Below, in pieces: positions 27,615-36,660 of a DNA stretch of 64,000 bases. A program made the translations under genes and the position numbers. The stretch lies in the IMG/VR virus record IMGVR_UViG_3300042895_002216; one strand, written 5' to 3'. Position 1 is the stretch's first letter. Every line of letters starts with the position of its first letter. The stretch comes from a virus. Taxonomy: Duplodnaviria > Heunggongvirae > Uroviricota > Caudoviricetes. Under the pieces are notes generated by a model that was not told where the DNA came from, ran no database searches, and saw only the letters and a program-made list of their open reading frames with translations.

Positions 27615-29537
27615 TTATTTTTTTATGATTTTAGTAGAGTTAATTTGATCAACTGCCTGTAAAGAAGCAACGTATAATCCGCTAGTTAACTGATTAATAT
27701 TGGAAGAGTATACGTATTTTCCAGCTGGCATGTCTTGATCAAGTATAACAAATTGTTCTGATCCGTTTAGGTCAACGATTACTAACTTAACCATTCCGCT
27801 ATTCTTAACTGAGAAGTCAAAGCTTATCTCTCCAGTAGTTGGATTGGGAAATGCGGTAATTTCAAAGTTATCCAATTGACCAGAAGGTCCAGCCATTTTA
27901 GCAACGATTAAGATGCCGTTTGCTGCGGTGATTGATAAATCCCTAGATTGATTGTCTCCTGAGAATTTTCTAGAAGTATACAAAGGCGATGCCTCCCAAT
28001 CAATTTGAGGTTTAAGTGCGATAAATCTCAATTTAAAAACTTCATAATTATCTGGAATCATGTAGCTTTTGTTAGCTGATGGATCGTAACCGGCCCATTC
28101 GATAATTCCGCCAGTTGGATTGAATGAAGACATCCACTGCATTGATTTAGCAGAGTTAGTAATGTCTTTAAATTCCAATAAGGTCTGATCGTATAACATT
28201 GCTAATTGAAGAGACGAAATATCCTTTCCTCCAGTTTTAACAGTAACCGGTATTTCTACTAGATTTCCTGAATTTACAGAAAGATTAGGAAGATTAACTT
28301 CAATTGAGCTCGTTGGAAAATCGTATTCAACTGTCATATCAATTACGTTTTCAGTTTGAGCTGGGGTTCCAGCCGGTGGATTGATCATTACTTCAATTGG
28401 CGTTAAACGAGCCATGTTGTAACCCGTACCGTTTGCATCTCCTGGAACAAGTACGTAATATTGAACTGAATCAGGTTGTCCTGGTAAAATGTCGTAGTAG
28501 AAGTTTGTTACTCCAGCATAAGTTGAAGTATAGTTAGTCGATGGAGATCCTGTGATTGTTGTGTATTGGGCAGCAGTAAAGAACTTAACATCCTCAACGG
28601 CATTAGGCCATTCAGTGAATCTTCCAGCAATTCTACCAAATACTCCGTATGCATCAGTTATTGTTACGTTAGTTGAACCGTTAACATCTGCTGTATAGAA
28701 GTCGAATCCGGAAGGAGTCGCTGACCCTAACACCCATTGATTAATTAATTGAGCATCTGCTGTTGATATAACGTTTCCTACCGTCATCGTATCACCTTTA
28801 ATTGCAAGGCGTACATCATAATAAGTAGTATCAATAATTTCGCTAAATGCAAAATTTCCACTTAGGTCAGTTACGTACGTATCATGAGTTCCCCAAGTAC
28901 CTCCAGCTTTTACCTTTTTCTCAAGAGCTAAAGTTAAGTTCTTTGCTCCAGTTCCAGTAACGTTTGTAAATTTACCATGGAAGTCTAAAGTAGGCTGTTC
29001 CCATACACCGCCGTAGCTATGCTTGCTTAGAGTAGTATCTAAACCTGTCTGAGATGCAGCGAGTGTAGTAAAAGAAGCTGCGCCACTAAACGTAAGAGCA
29101 CTGATTGAGGGTAACGCATAAAACGATGCAGCTGCAACGTGAGTAAAGGTTATTTCAAAGGTTTCACCGTCCGCTAGAGTATAAGTACTGCTGTTTCCAG
29201 TATACACTAATGAAAGGGTTACGTAACCGGTAGCATTACTATCTACTGACTGTAAATATAAGTTAGTAGGCGATCCAACTAGCGCAACTGATGCACTAGC
29301 AAATGCATCCTTATCGTAAAATATTCGAGTTTGAATACCTGTGTATTTTGAGATAGTTGCATTCTTTAGCGTGATTCTGGCTTTGGACTGACCTAGCGTA
29401 CTTGTACCAACTTGATATGTCGTATCAATGATTGTCCAAATTCCTGCGCCTGGGGCAGGAGGTCCACTTTGAGCATAAACTCCAGTAGAGAGTGCGCACG
29501 TGACTAGTGCGAATAGAATAAAGATTATTTTTTTCAT
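27615..29537 (-). CDS. secreted protein with type IX secretion system C-terminal sorting domain
   Basis: Signal peptide MKKIIFILFALVTCALSTGVYAQ. The last ~80 aa (FPNPTTGEISFDFSV..VKLVIVDLNGSEQFVILDQ..LTSGLYVASLQAVDQINSTKIIK) matches the Por secretion tail (T9SS CTD) pattern. Confidence 0.7.
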   Translation of the reverse strand: MKKIIFILFALVTCALSTGVYAQSGPPAPGAGIWTIIDTTYQVGTSTLGQSKARITLKNATISKYTGIQTRIFYDKDAFASASVALVGSPTNLYLQSVDSNATGYVTLSLVYTGNSSTYTLADGETFEITFTHVAAASFYALPSISALTFSGAASFTTLAASQTGLDTTLSKHSYGGVWEQPTLDFHGKFTNVTGTGAKNLTLALEKKVKAGGTWGTHDTYVTDLSGNFAFSEIIDTTYYDVRLAIKGDTMTVGNVISTADAQLINQWVLGSATPSGFDFYTADVNGSTNVTITDAYGVFGRIAGRFTEWPNAVEDVKFFTAAQYTTITGSPSTNYTSTYAGVTNFYYDILPGQPDSVQYYVLVPGDANGTGYNMARLTPIEVMINPPAGTPAQTENVIDMTVEYDFPTSSIEVNLPNLSVNSGNLVEIPVTVKTGGKDISSLQLAMLYDQTLLEFKDITNSAKSMQWMSSFNPTGGIIEWAGYDPSANKSYMIPDNYEVFKLRFIALKPQIDWEASPLYTSRKFSGDNQSRDLSITAANGILIVAKMAGPSGQLDNFEITAFPNPTTGEISFDFSVKNSGMVKLVIVDLNGSEQFVILDQDMPAGKYVYSSNINQLTSGLYVASLQAVDQINSTKIIKK

Positions 29538-29555
29538 CGAAGAACATTTGTTTTT

Positions 29556-30380
29556 TTATTTTAATAAAGCGTAATACTCGTTAAAGTGTTTAATACGGTC
29601 AGCCAAACCAATCGTTCCACCATTAACTCTCTTAGTTACCGCAGTTACAGCAGCAGTGTCTGCTCCTTTATCACAAATCGCCCATAAGCCATTAGACTGA
29701 AAAAAGAAAGCAGCCGATGCGAGTGGGTATTTTGTAGCGACTAGATCCGGATTAGCAACAGTATCCTCGCCGATAAATTTTGCAAAGTTTGTGTAATTCG
29801 ATTTACCAGTCAATTGAATGTAACCGCGACCTCTGAATTTAAAACCTTCTTTCGAAGCTTCATCTCCATTACCCATTCTAGAAGCATACACTCTAGCAGC
29901 GATTTTTTCAGGTTGACGAGCATAAGACTCGTTTAAGTTACCAGGAAAATACTTTCCGAAGATCTTTTTAAGACCGTCAGCTGAATAGTTTAGATTCTCG
30001 TTAACTGCTTTGAATCCTCCACTTTCGTGTCCACATTGCGCAAGGAAGTGAGCTAATCTTAAAGGATTAGTGATTCCGAATTTTGCAGCTGTGTCAGGAA
30101 TTTGAGCGATTACTGCTGCTGGTACATGTCCAGCTAGTTTTTCAAGTTTAAAACTTGATGGTGGGATTGGCGTAGCTGCTGGAGCTGCAACTGGAGCTGC
30201 ACCAAACATCTTAGCCCAAGTAGCATCTCCGACGATACCGTCAGGAGTAAGCCCGTTTGCTTGCTGCCATGCTTTGACAGCGGTTTCTGTTCCAGGTCCG
30301 AAGCTTCCATCTGCGCCTACTCCTAGGAGTGCTTGCATTTTGGCAACCTCTGGGCCATTAGATCCATTCTTTAATAGCAT
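29556..30380 (-). CDS. endolysin: peptidoglycan-binding domain plus GH19-like lytic domain
   Basis: N-terminal PG_binding_1-like repeat (NGPEVAKMQALLGV..GSFGPGTETAVKAWQQANGLTPDGIVG). AHFLAQCGHESGGF is the GH19 catalytic-region signature. Confidence 0.8.
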   Translation of the reverse strand: MLLKNGSNGPEVAKMQALLGVGADGSFGPGTETAVKAWQQANGLTPDGIVGDATWAKMFGAAPVAAPAATPIPPSSFKLEKLAGHVPAAVIAQIPDTAAKFGITNPLRLAHFLAQCGHESGGFKAVNENLNYSADGLKKIFGKYFPGNLNESYARQPEKIAARVYASRMGNGDEASKEGFKFRGRGYIQLTGKSNYTNFAKFIGEDTVANPDLVATKYPLASAAFFFQSNGLWAICDKGADTAAVTAVTKRVNGGTIGLADRIKHFNEYYALLK

Positions 30381-30432
30381 TTGAAAAGGGTTTTTTGTTA
30401 TTTATCAATTACTGACCTAAAAAAGAGTCATT

Positions 30433-30461
30433 AAAAAACCCCCAGTTTAAGCTGGGGGTTA
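30433..30461 (-). terminator. intrinsic terminator (minus strand)
   Basis: AACCCCCAG-tttaa-GCTGGGGGTT hairpin with a T-run on the minus strand, downstream of the 30481-31083 gene. Confidence 0.55.
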
Positions 30462-30480
30462 CTAGTAAACTCGTAAATTC

Positions 30481-31083
30481 TTAAACAATATCAGTTGATT
30501 CCAATAGAGTGTAAGTGAATGAATTTCCGTGGATTGCTTTAGCTAGATTTGCAAGTTTCATTAAGGCATTAAAGTCTGCAACCTTTTTAAATACTTGACA
30601 ACCTTCGGACCAGTTTTCAACGTATTCAGATTGAGTTTTTGGGTTAGAGCGGTGACCGTTAATTCCAAAGATTCCTTCTTGAATTGTTGTTTCGTCATAC
30701 TTCATGTCTTTGTTTTTATCACGATAAACTTTAACTGGCTTAACCTGTCTTAGTGCTTCGTATTTGCCCTGGTGTAATCCAATCGCCCACATTCCACGAT
30801 ATTGTCCTGGAACTACTCGAGCAACTCCATTTGGATTGTGATATTCAAGCATAGCTTTCTTACCCGGATCAGTAGTTATTGGCCAGCAGTTAAATTGCCA
30901 TACGCCGTTAACTTTATAAGAAGCAGTCATCCAATCGTCAAATAGATTAGTAACTTTATCTGCGATTGCCGCTGAGTTATTTCTAACCCCAACTAGATTT
31001 AGGTCATAGTCTTTGGCCCCTTCGAACCAAGCATAACCCTTTGCCTTAACTGCAGCCTCGATCATTTCTTTTGTGTAATTCAT
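30481..31083 (-). CDS. hypothetical protein (possible cell-wall-active enzyme)
   Basis: 200 aa, no signal peptide. Adjacent to the endolysin. No secure motif. Confidence 0.4.
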   Translation of the reverse strand: MNYTKEMIEAAVKAKGYAWFEGAKDYDLNLVGVRNNSAAIADKVTNLFDDWMTASYKVNGVWQFNCWPITTDPGKKAMLEYHNPNGVARVVPGQYRGMWAIGLHQGKYEALRQVKPVKVYRDKNKDMKYDETTIQEGIFGINGHRSNPKTQSEYVENWSEGCQVFKKVADFNALMKLANLAKAIHGNSFTYTLLESTDIV

Positions 31084-31124
31084 AATATTTTCCTTTGTAC
31101 TTTTTATTATTTAACTAACAGGCT

Positions 31125-31526
31125 ATGCTTAAAACTATGATAAATAACCTTACCGTGAGAGAATACATTAATAAGAAGAGTGCGAATCTTCTTTTGGGAT
31201 GGTGTATTGAAAAGTATGGCCCAAGTAAGTACAACAATCTCAAAACGTTGAAGATTCAGATTGATCCGAACCATATACATTTCGGAATGTATGAACCTTG
31301 TCAAAACACAATCATTTTAAATCCAAAAAGACACAGGTCGTTACTTTCTTGGTGCAGCACAGTAATCCATGAATACACCCATTTCAAACAGGACATGGAA
31401 AAATACGGAGAATACCGAACAAGTTACGAAAAACATCCATACGAGATAACGTGTAATAAGAGAGGATATCGCGATCAACTTGAGGCCAGAAGATGGCTTA
31501 TTCGGAAACTCTGCACAAATTCTTAG
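31125..31526 (+). CDS. hypothetical protein with HExxH motif
   Basis: WCSTVIHEYTHF is a zinc-peptidase-like motif in a 133-aa ORF. Confidence 0.45.
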   Translation: MLKTMINNLTVREYINKKSANLLLGWCIEKYGPSKYNNLKTLKIQIDPNHIHFGMYEPCQNTIILNPKRHRSLLSWCSTVIHEYTHFKQDMEKYGEYRTSYEKHPYEITCNKRGYRDQLEARRWLIRKLCTNS

Positions 31527-31567
31527 TATAATAATTCTCTAAATTAAAAACAAAAATAACCAGAAAC

Positions 31568-31741
31568 ATGAAGAAATCAATTTTGCTTTTCGCTTTTGCA
31601 CTAGTTGCAATGATCGCTATCACTAGCTGTTCTAACTCTGCTCCAGCTGACTCTACTGTTACTGTTGCTGACTCAACTCTAGTTGACTCAACTTCAGTAA
31701 CCACTGACTCAACTCTAGTTGACACAGTTACTGTAAAGTAA
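31568..31741 (+). CDS. small lipoprotein
   Basis: MKKSILLFAFALVAMIAITSC has a lipobox. D/S/T/V repeats follow. Hairpin terminator at 31767-31789 lies just downstream. Confidence 0.4.
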   Translation: MKKSILLFAFALVAMIAITSCSNSAPADSTVTVADSTLVDSTSVTTDSTLVDTVTVK

Positions 31742-31843
31742 TCAGAGAAACCTCTCGACTCTAAGTGCCTAGATTTCTAGGCATTTTTTGTTTAACTTGT
31801 TAAACCCTTTCGACTTTTATAGTAGAATAAATTAAACTGAAAT

Positions 31844-32089
31844 ATGGATCAAAATGTCAGAGTCGGTCTTGAAAATTCAAGCCCAATCGTTTGCGAATCT
31901 TGCGGGAACGATACGTTTAAAGAAGCGAGCTACTTACGTAGAGTTTCTAAATTATTAACAGGATCAGCTGAGGATATGATTGTCCCAGTTCCTACTTTTA
32001 CCTGCTCAAAGTGCTCTCACGTAAATGAACAGTTTCAAGTAAAGGACGCTAAACCTCAATCAACTGACAAACCTAAAATTATCTCTTAA
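31844..32089 (+). CDS. zinc-ribbon protein
   Basis: CESCGN...CSKCSH forms a two-CxxC zinc ribbon. Confidence 0.45.
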   Translation: MDQNVRVGLENSSPIVCESCGNDTFKEASYLRRVSKLLTGSAEDMIVPVPTFTCSKCSHVNEQFQVKDAKPQSTDKPKIIS

Positions 32090-32092
32090 CTT

Positions 32093-32371
32093 ATGTTAAT
32101 TATAACAGACTATTGGGCTCCATGGTGCGGTCCTTGTAAAGTAATGATGCCAGCTATTTCAGAATTATCGGAACGATTTAATGTACCTGATTCTCAAATT
32201 GAGATTAGAAAGGTAAACGTTGACGAAAATCCTGAACTTGCCAGTAAATTTGGAATCAGGGGAATCCCTACTCTTATTTTTGTTAAAGACGATCAAGAAG
32301 TAAAGAGACTTAGTGGTCTTAGAACAAAGAATCAGATACTTGAAGAAATCGAAACAATACAAAATTCATAA
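32093..32371 (+). CDS. trxA: thioredoxin
   Basis: WAPWCGPCK active site and overall thioredoxin length (92 aa). Confidence 0.8.
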   Translation: MLIITDYWAPWCGPCKVMMPAISELSERFNVPDSQIEIRKVNVDENPELASKFGIRGIPTLIFVKDDQEVKRLSGLRTKNQILEEIETIQNS

Positions 32372-33054
32372 TGGAAATTACATTTATAAGTGATACACAT
32401 TGGATTGTATCTGATCCAGTTAATACAGAAGACCTAAATGATCTTCTGCCTGGAGGTCCTATCTTGGTCCACGCAGGTGATGTATCTGGGCGTGGAACTG
32501 AGCGTGAAATTAGAGTATTCCTTAAATGGTTTAGTTCACAACCCTATATGCATAAGATCCTAATTGCTGGAAACCACGACTTCTTTTTTGAGGTAGCAAA
32601 ACCAGAGGAGGTTCAGGCTCTGCTTGCTGAGTATCCTGGAATTACCTACTTAAATGATAGTGGCGTAACGATTGAGGGTATTAAATTCTGGGGAAGTCCA
32701 GTAACTCCATTCTTTCATAATTGGGCATTTAATCGATATGAAAATGAAATAGGTCCACATTGGGATCTTATTCCGGAAGGAATTGATGTTCTGATAACGC
32801 ACGGGCCTCCTCATGGAATCTTGGATAAAACTATCAGAGAAGGTTGGAGCGTTGGTTGTAAAAGTCTAAAGGCTAAGGTTGATCAAATTAAACCCCAAGT
32901 TCATGTATTCGGCCACATACACGAAGAGATGGGCCAAGTAGAAATAGGCGGTACTACATTTATTAATGCGTCAGTGGTCGATGAACGATATCGACTATGG
33001 CATAATCGCCCGCCAGTTATTAACGTTGAACCAAGATCAGAAAATTTAGTATAA
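32371..33054 (+). CDS. calcineurin-like metallophosphoesterase
   Basis: GDVSGRG, GNHDFF, THGPPHG and GHIHE metal-ligand motifs. Confidence 0.7.
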   Translation: MEITFISDTHWIVSDPVNTEDLNDLLPGGPILVHAGDVSGRGTEREIRVFLKWFSSQPYMHKILIAGNHDFFFEVAKPEEVQALLAEYPGITYLNDSGVTIEGIKFWGSPVTPFFHNWAFNRYENEIGPHWDLIPEGIDVLITHGPPHGILDKTIREGWSVGCKSLKAKVDQIKPQVHVFGHIHEEMGQVEIGGTTFINASVVDERYRLWHNRPPVINVEPRSENLV

Positions 33055-33061
33055 TAACTCT

Positions 33062-33280
33062 ATGGAAATAGAAACTAATAAACCACGAGTTGTTTGGAAT
33101 CCTGGAATTTATTCAATCTTTGCACTGCTAACTGCGATGATCGGTTATCAGATTCACAATAGCATTTTTTGGGCGATCATGGACTTCTTTTTCATGCCAT
33201 TCGCTTGGATTAAATGGTTAATCATGCATGAAGTAAATATCACAATCATTAAGGAAACGTTTTCCTTTTTTCTAAAATAA
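33062..33280 (+). CDS. small membrane protein
   Basis: Two TM helices. TAGTATAATAA at 33047-33057 lies immediately upstream. Confidence 0.4.
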   Translation: MEIETNKPRVVWNPGIYSIFALLTAMIGYQIHNSIFWAIMDFFFMPFAWIKWLIMHEVNITIIKETFSFFLK

Positions 33281-33288
33281 AAATCAAT

Positions 33289-33552
33289 ATGAAAAAATTA
33301 GTAATTTTAACAGCGATCCTATTCTCATTCGCTTCATGTACTGAAAACTCGCGAGTTAAAAACTTCGGCGGTGAAGGCACTATCAATTTACCAAAGGGCA
33401 GAAAATTGGTAACTGTAACGTGGAAAGAGACTCAAATCTGGTATTTGACTCGGCCGATGGATTCAAGTGATGTTGCTCAAACCTATCAGTTCCATGAAGA
33501 ATCGAGTTATGGCGTAATGGAAGGTACGTATAATATAATCGAGTCTAAGTAA
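33289..33552 (+). CDS. small lipoprotein
   Basis: MKKLVILTAILFSFASC has a lipobox. Confidence 0.45.
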   Translation: MKKLVILTAILFSFASCTENSRVKNFGGEGTINLPKGRKLVTVTWKETQIWYLTRPMDSSDVAQTYQFHEESSYGVMEGTYNIIESK

Positions 33553-33558
33553 CTCAAA

Positions 33559-33646
33559 GGAGGATTGGCAGAGTGGTCGATCGCGGCAGTCTTGAAAACT
33601 GTTGTACCGCAAGGTACCGTAGGTTCGAATCCTACATCCTCCGCCA
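33559..33646 (+). tRNA. tRNA-Ser (anticodon TGA), class II with long variable arm, CCA encoded
   Basis: Acceptor GGAGGAT/ATCCTCC. Anticodon loop CTTGAAA. Variable hairpin GTACCgcaaGGTAC. T-arm GGTTCGAATCC. Confidence 0.8.
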
Positions 33647-33662
33647 AAAAAATCAATAAACA

Positions 33663-33851
33663 ATGGGACTATTCGGAGCAATCGCTAATATAGCAAGCGC
33701 AACAGTAAAAACAGCATTGTCACCAATCGCAGTCGTAAAGGATGCAGTTGACGTGGCAACCGGTGGCGAAGCTACCGCAACAAAGGATTTAATAAACTCG
33801 GTCGGCGAAGACTTATCTGACGCAGTCGATGAGGTAGTTGATCCTTATTAA
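33663..33851 (+). CDS. small hypothetical protein
   Basis: 62-aa A/V/D-rich ORF. Confidence 0.35.
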   Translation: MGLFGAIANIASATVKTALSPIAVVKDAVDVATGGEATATKDLINSVGEDLSDAVDEVVDPY

Positions 33852-33865
33852 AAAAATAACAGTAT

Positions 33866-34564
33866 ATGTTAATTAAAAATCAAACGCCATACCTTGGCAA
33901 AATTCAGTTGAAGTTCGAGAGATTTCCTCACTACACTGGCAAAACTAAATTAAATAAGATCCACTTGGATCTGGGATTTACTAAGTTAGTAAGCCGAATC
34001 CGACCTGAAAGAGATTTGGAAGGTTGGGCTGTAAATCCTGAATGTATTAAACAAATTGAAGCAACTACTGGGCTAAAGGTAGGAGTTCATAAGTTCGGAC
34101 CAGACGATGAGTACTCATTACCCAATTCATGCATGAATCCAGACGGAGTTTACGTTGGATCAATTGAAGAAGGTTGGTGGTACTACAACAATGGCCTCAG
34201 AGCAACAAAGGGATCTCATCCTCATACTGCATGGAGTAAGAAGGCAAAGCAGTGGATTGGTTATTCTCACCGTGCTTCTTGTGCATTCGGAAAAGGCGAT
34301 AAACTATTTGATGCTAAATGGAAACCTGCTGAACAAGACCTTCCTCAATACGAAAAGTTCTACGGCAAGCACCTGGACTCGTATTATAAAGAGTGCGAAG
34401 AATGGGCAAAGAGTACCTCTGACCATAAAGCGTCAGAAGAAGAAATGACCCTTGCTGGTTGGGCAGTAGATCATATTCCTTTTAGACTACGTGGTGCTAA
34501 GACAATTCATTCGTATGAAGATGCTTACAAGGCAGCAGTTAACTTTGCAAAATACGTATCGTAA
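33866..34564 (+). CDS. hypothetical protein
   Basis: 232 aa, W/Y/K-rich. No clear motif. Confidence 0.5.
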   Translation: MLIKNQTPYLGKIQLKFERFPHYTGKTKLNKIHLDLGFTKLVSRIRPERDLEGWAVNPECIKQIEATTGLKVGVHKFGPDDEYSLPNSCMNPDGVYVGSIEEGWWYYNNGLRATKGSHPHTAWSKKAKQWIGYSHRASCAFGKGDKLFDAKWKPAEQDLPQYEKFYGKHLDSYYKECEEWAKSTSDHKASEEEMTLAGWAVDHIPFRLRGAKTIHSYEDAYKAAVNFAKYVS

Positions 34565-34821
34565 TGGCAAAAGGCTCTATATTAAATGCACTAAAGAACG
34601 AGGCGGACATGAAACGTCTCGTTCTTGAGTTTACTGAGAAATTAGAACATGACCCGTACCAACCGGGGCTAGTTCATCCGGAAGTCTATCCGGACGATGT
34701 TCAGGAAGTACTTGAAGATCTACTGTGGATTAGGGGATTCGATGAAGCGACTATCAGAGTTAGAAAGAATCCAGATGGAGTATCTGTATCAGTAGAAGTT
34801 TTGGGCAGAACTAAGGGATAA
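34564..34821 (+). CDS. hypothetical protein
   Basis: 85 aa. ATGA-coupled. Confidence 0.45.
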   Translation: MAKGSILNALKNEADMKRLVLEFTEKLEHDPYQPGLVHPEVYPDDVQEVLEDLLWIRGFDEATIRVRKNPDGVSVSVEVLGRTKG

Positions 34822-34842
34822 ATAATAAAAATAAGATCCCTA

Positions 34843-35394
34843 ATGAAACTTAAGAGATTTTCACAATTTGTAAAAGAGAGCTTGATAACAGAATCTTCGT
34901 CAGTTATTGAAGTTGAAGAAAATATATTCTTAATAGACGAAATAATCTACATAATTTGGCTTGTTACACTAGACGTATCTTTCGATTATGAGCCTGACGA
35001 TAGCAGTGTCGGATTCGTTGGCGGCTATTCAGTTGATGATGTTGACTTTGATGGAGTAGACGGAGTGTATAAAGTAACTGATCCTTCAGTAATTTCGCAG
35101 GTTAAAGCCATGCTAGATTCCCCTGAAGCTGAAGAGTTAAAAAGCATGGGATTTGAAGGAGCTGATGAATATGCAGCAATTGGCGATTTAATATACGATG
35201 CAGAGCAAGAAGAAATTACAGGAGAAGAGCTCAAGGACTTCATTAATAAATTCAAAGCTCTTTACGATTCAAATACTCTAGTCGATTTAACTGGTACTTT
35301 CAAAAAAAGAACTGACTCTGCTCTCGATAGAGCGGTTGAGGATTTTGAACCTGATGAGCCTGACTACGATGATTACGACGATGATCGTTATTAA
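34843..35394 (+). CDS. leader-family acidic protein
   Basis: MKLKRFSQFVKESL leader, C-terminal D/E/Y-rich tail. ATAAATAAT at 34818-34826. Confidence 0.6.
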   Translation: MKLKRFSQFVKESLITESSSVIEVEENIFLIDEIIYIIWLVTLDVSFDYEPDDSSVGFVGGYSVDDVDFDGVDGVYKVTDPSVISQVKAMLDSPEAEELKSMGFEGADEYAAIGDLIYDAEQEEITGEELKDFINKFKALYDSNTLVDLTGTFKKRTDSALDRAVEDFEPDEPDYDDYDDDRY

Positions 35395-35420
35395 TAAATA
35401 AACAAAAATTACTTTTTAAA

Positions 35421-35984
35421 ATGAAACTTAAAAGATTCACACAATTTGTTAACGAAGCAAAGATTAACGAAGCTCAAATCAAAGATAAAACTATCGTTGC
35501 TAAGCTTGATAGAATTCACGAAATCAAAACTCGATTAAAAGAATTGACAGCTGAAACAAAAGCTATCAATACTGAGCTTGGTGCATTTGATGCAACAATG
35601 AAGCCGATCTTTGATGCAATGAAAGTCCTAAATGATAAGCTTGCAACAACTGAAAAATACGTTATCAAGATTTCAAGATACGGCGGATCTTCTGAAAACC
35701 CATCTTATGCTAAAGCTGTAGAGCAGGCACTAGGGTTAGTCGATGCTGCTGCTCAAGCAATTATCAACGAATGTGTTAGACAAAACACAGCAATATCAAA
35801 CGTAAAACACTCATACGATATTGAAAAACTAGATGAATCTAAATTAACTGATAAAGCTAAAGCGATCGTTGCTAGGTTGTCTGGTAAAATCACAGCAATC
35901 GTTGCCAAGTTAAAGTCTTTCTTTGAGTCTAAATTCTCTAAGATCGATCAAGCAAACGAAAAACTTGCAGCAATGATAAAGTAA
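35421..35984 (+). CDS. leader-family protein
   Basis: MKLKRFTQFVNEAK leader. ATAAATAAA at 35394-35402. Confidence 0.6.
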   Translation: MKLKRFTQFVNEAKINEAQIKDKTIVAKLDRIHEIKTRLKELTAETKAINTELGAFDATMKPIFDAMKVLNDKLATTEKYVIKISRYGGSSENPSYAKAVEQALGLVDAAAQAIINECVRQNTAISNVKHSYDIEKLDESKLTDKAKAIVARLSGKITAIVAKLKSFFESKFSKIDQANEKLAAMIK

Positions 35985-36016
35985 TTTTTAGTAAAGGGAA
36001 ACCTTTTTTAAAAAGT

Positions 36017-36040
36017 TGGTATAATAACTAGATAAATAAC
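36017..36040 (+). promoter_or_regulatory. tandem promoter-like motifs (TTGGTATAATAAC + ATAAATAAC) ahead of the tRNA island
   Basis: Both recurrent motif classes occur back-to-back about 100 nt upstream of a short leader ORF and the first tRNA. Confidence 0.5.
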
Positions 36041-36138
36041 TAGACAAAAAAATTAAACTCGTGCAAATAACTACGAACATATCAAAAAATACTCAAAACT
36101 GGAATCAGTATCCGGCAGGCACAGTTAATGTGATTGCA

Positions 36139-36192
36139 ATGGAGACGATTAAAGATTTTGGGGTATTGCGAGGTTCTAGTGGTATAAGTTAA
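36139..36192 (+). CDS. 17-codon leader ORF upstream of tRNA island (METIKDFGVLRGSSGIS)
   Basis: ATG..TAA ORF between the promoter motifs and the terminator at 36217-36247. Codons 2-9 (GAG ACG ATT AAA GAT TTT GGG GTA) are each decoded by a tRNA in the downstream island. Confidence 0.3.
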   Translation: METIKDFGVLRGSSGIS

Positions 36193-36216
36193 GAAATTAC
36201 ATAACTAACAACAACG

Positions 36217-36247
36217 AACCTCGAACCTAAAAAATTCGAGGTTTTTT
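36217..36247 (+). terminator. intrinsic terminator between leader ORF and tRNA-Phe
   Basis: ACCTCGAA-cctaaaaaa-TTCGAGGT hairpin followed by TTTTTT. Confidence 0.6.
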
Positions 36248-36256
36248 GTTTTAGCA

Positions 36257-36332
36257 TGGTGAGGTAGCTCAGATGGTAGAGCACAGGACTGAAAATCCTG
36301 GTGTCGGCGGTTCGATCCCGCCCCTCACCACC
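36257..36332 (+). tRNA. tRNA-Phe (GAA), CCA encoded
   Basis: Acceptor GGTGAGG/CCTCACC. Anticodon loop CTGAAAA. T-arm GGTTCGATCC. Confidence 0.85.
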
Positions 36333-36411
36333 AACAAAAAAATGAATAAGAATATGAAACGTAAACGCTAAAGGCCCAGTGACTCCCAGAGTTACAGGTC
36401 TAAATACACAG

Positions 36412-36485
36412 GTCTTCGTAGCTCAGTTGGTTAGAGCACCTCACTTTTAATGAGGGAGTCACAGGTTCGAGTCCTGTCGGGGACA
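36412..36485 (+). tRNA. tRNA-Lys (TTT)
   Basis: Anticodon arm CCTCA-CTTTTAA-TGAGG. T-arm AGGTTCGAGTCCT. Confidence 0.8.
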
Positions 36486-36491
36486 CTAAAC

Positions 36492-36568
36492 TGGAATATA
36501 GCTCAATTGGTTAGAGCATTCGCCTGATACGCGAAAGGTTATAGGTTCGATTCCTATTATTCCAACCA
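36492..36568 (+). tRNA. tRNA-Ile (GAT), CCA encoded
   Basis: Anticodon loop CTGATAC. T-arm AGGTTCGATTCCT. Confidence 0.8.
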
Positions 36569-36573
36569 AACAT

Positions 36574-36651
36574 TGCGGGATGCGTAGAAAGCGGTTATCT
36601 CGTCAGTCTCATAAGCTGAAGTTCCCGGTTCGAGTCCGGGTCCCGCAACCA
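36574..36651 (+). tRNA. tRNA-Met (CAT), elongator-type
   Basis: Anticodon arm TCAGT-CTCATAA-GCTGA. T-arm CCGGTTCGAGTCCGG. Confidence 0.75.
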
Positions 36652-36660
36652 AAAGAATAC

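Noticed and set aside
21282-31083. Reading the minus-strand secreted-protein cassette as host chromosomal DNA, such as a prophage junction.
   Set aside because: There is no integrase, att-like repeat, tRNA target or change in intergenic motif usage at its borders. It contains a phage-type endolysin and holin-like genes, and phage-type terminators flank it. Read as a phage lysis/secretion module.
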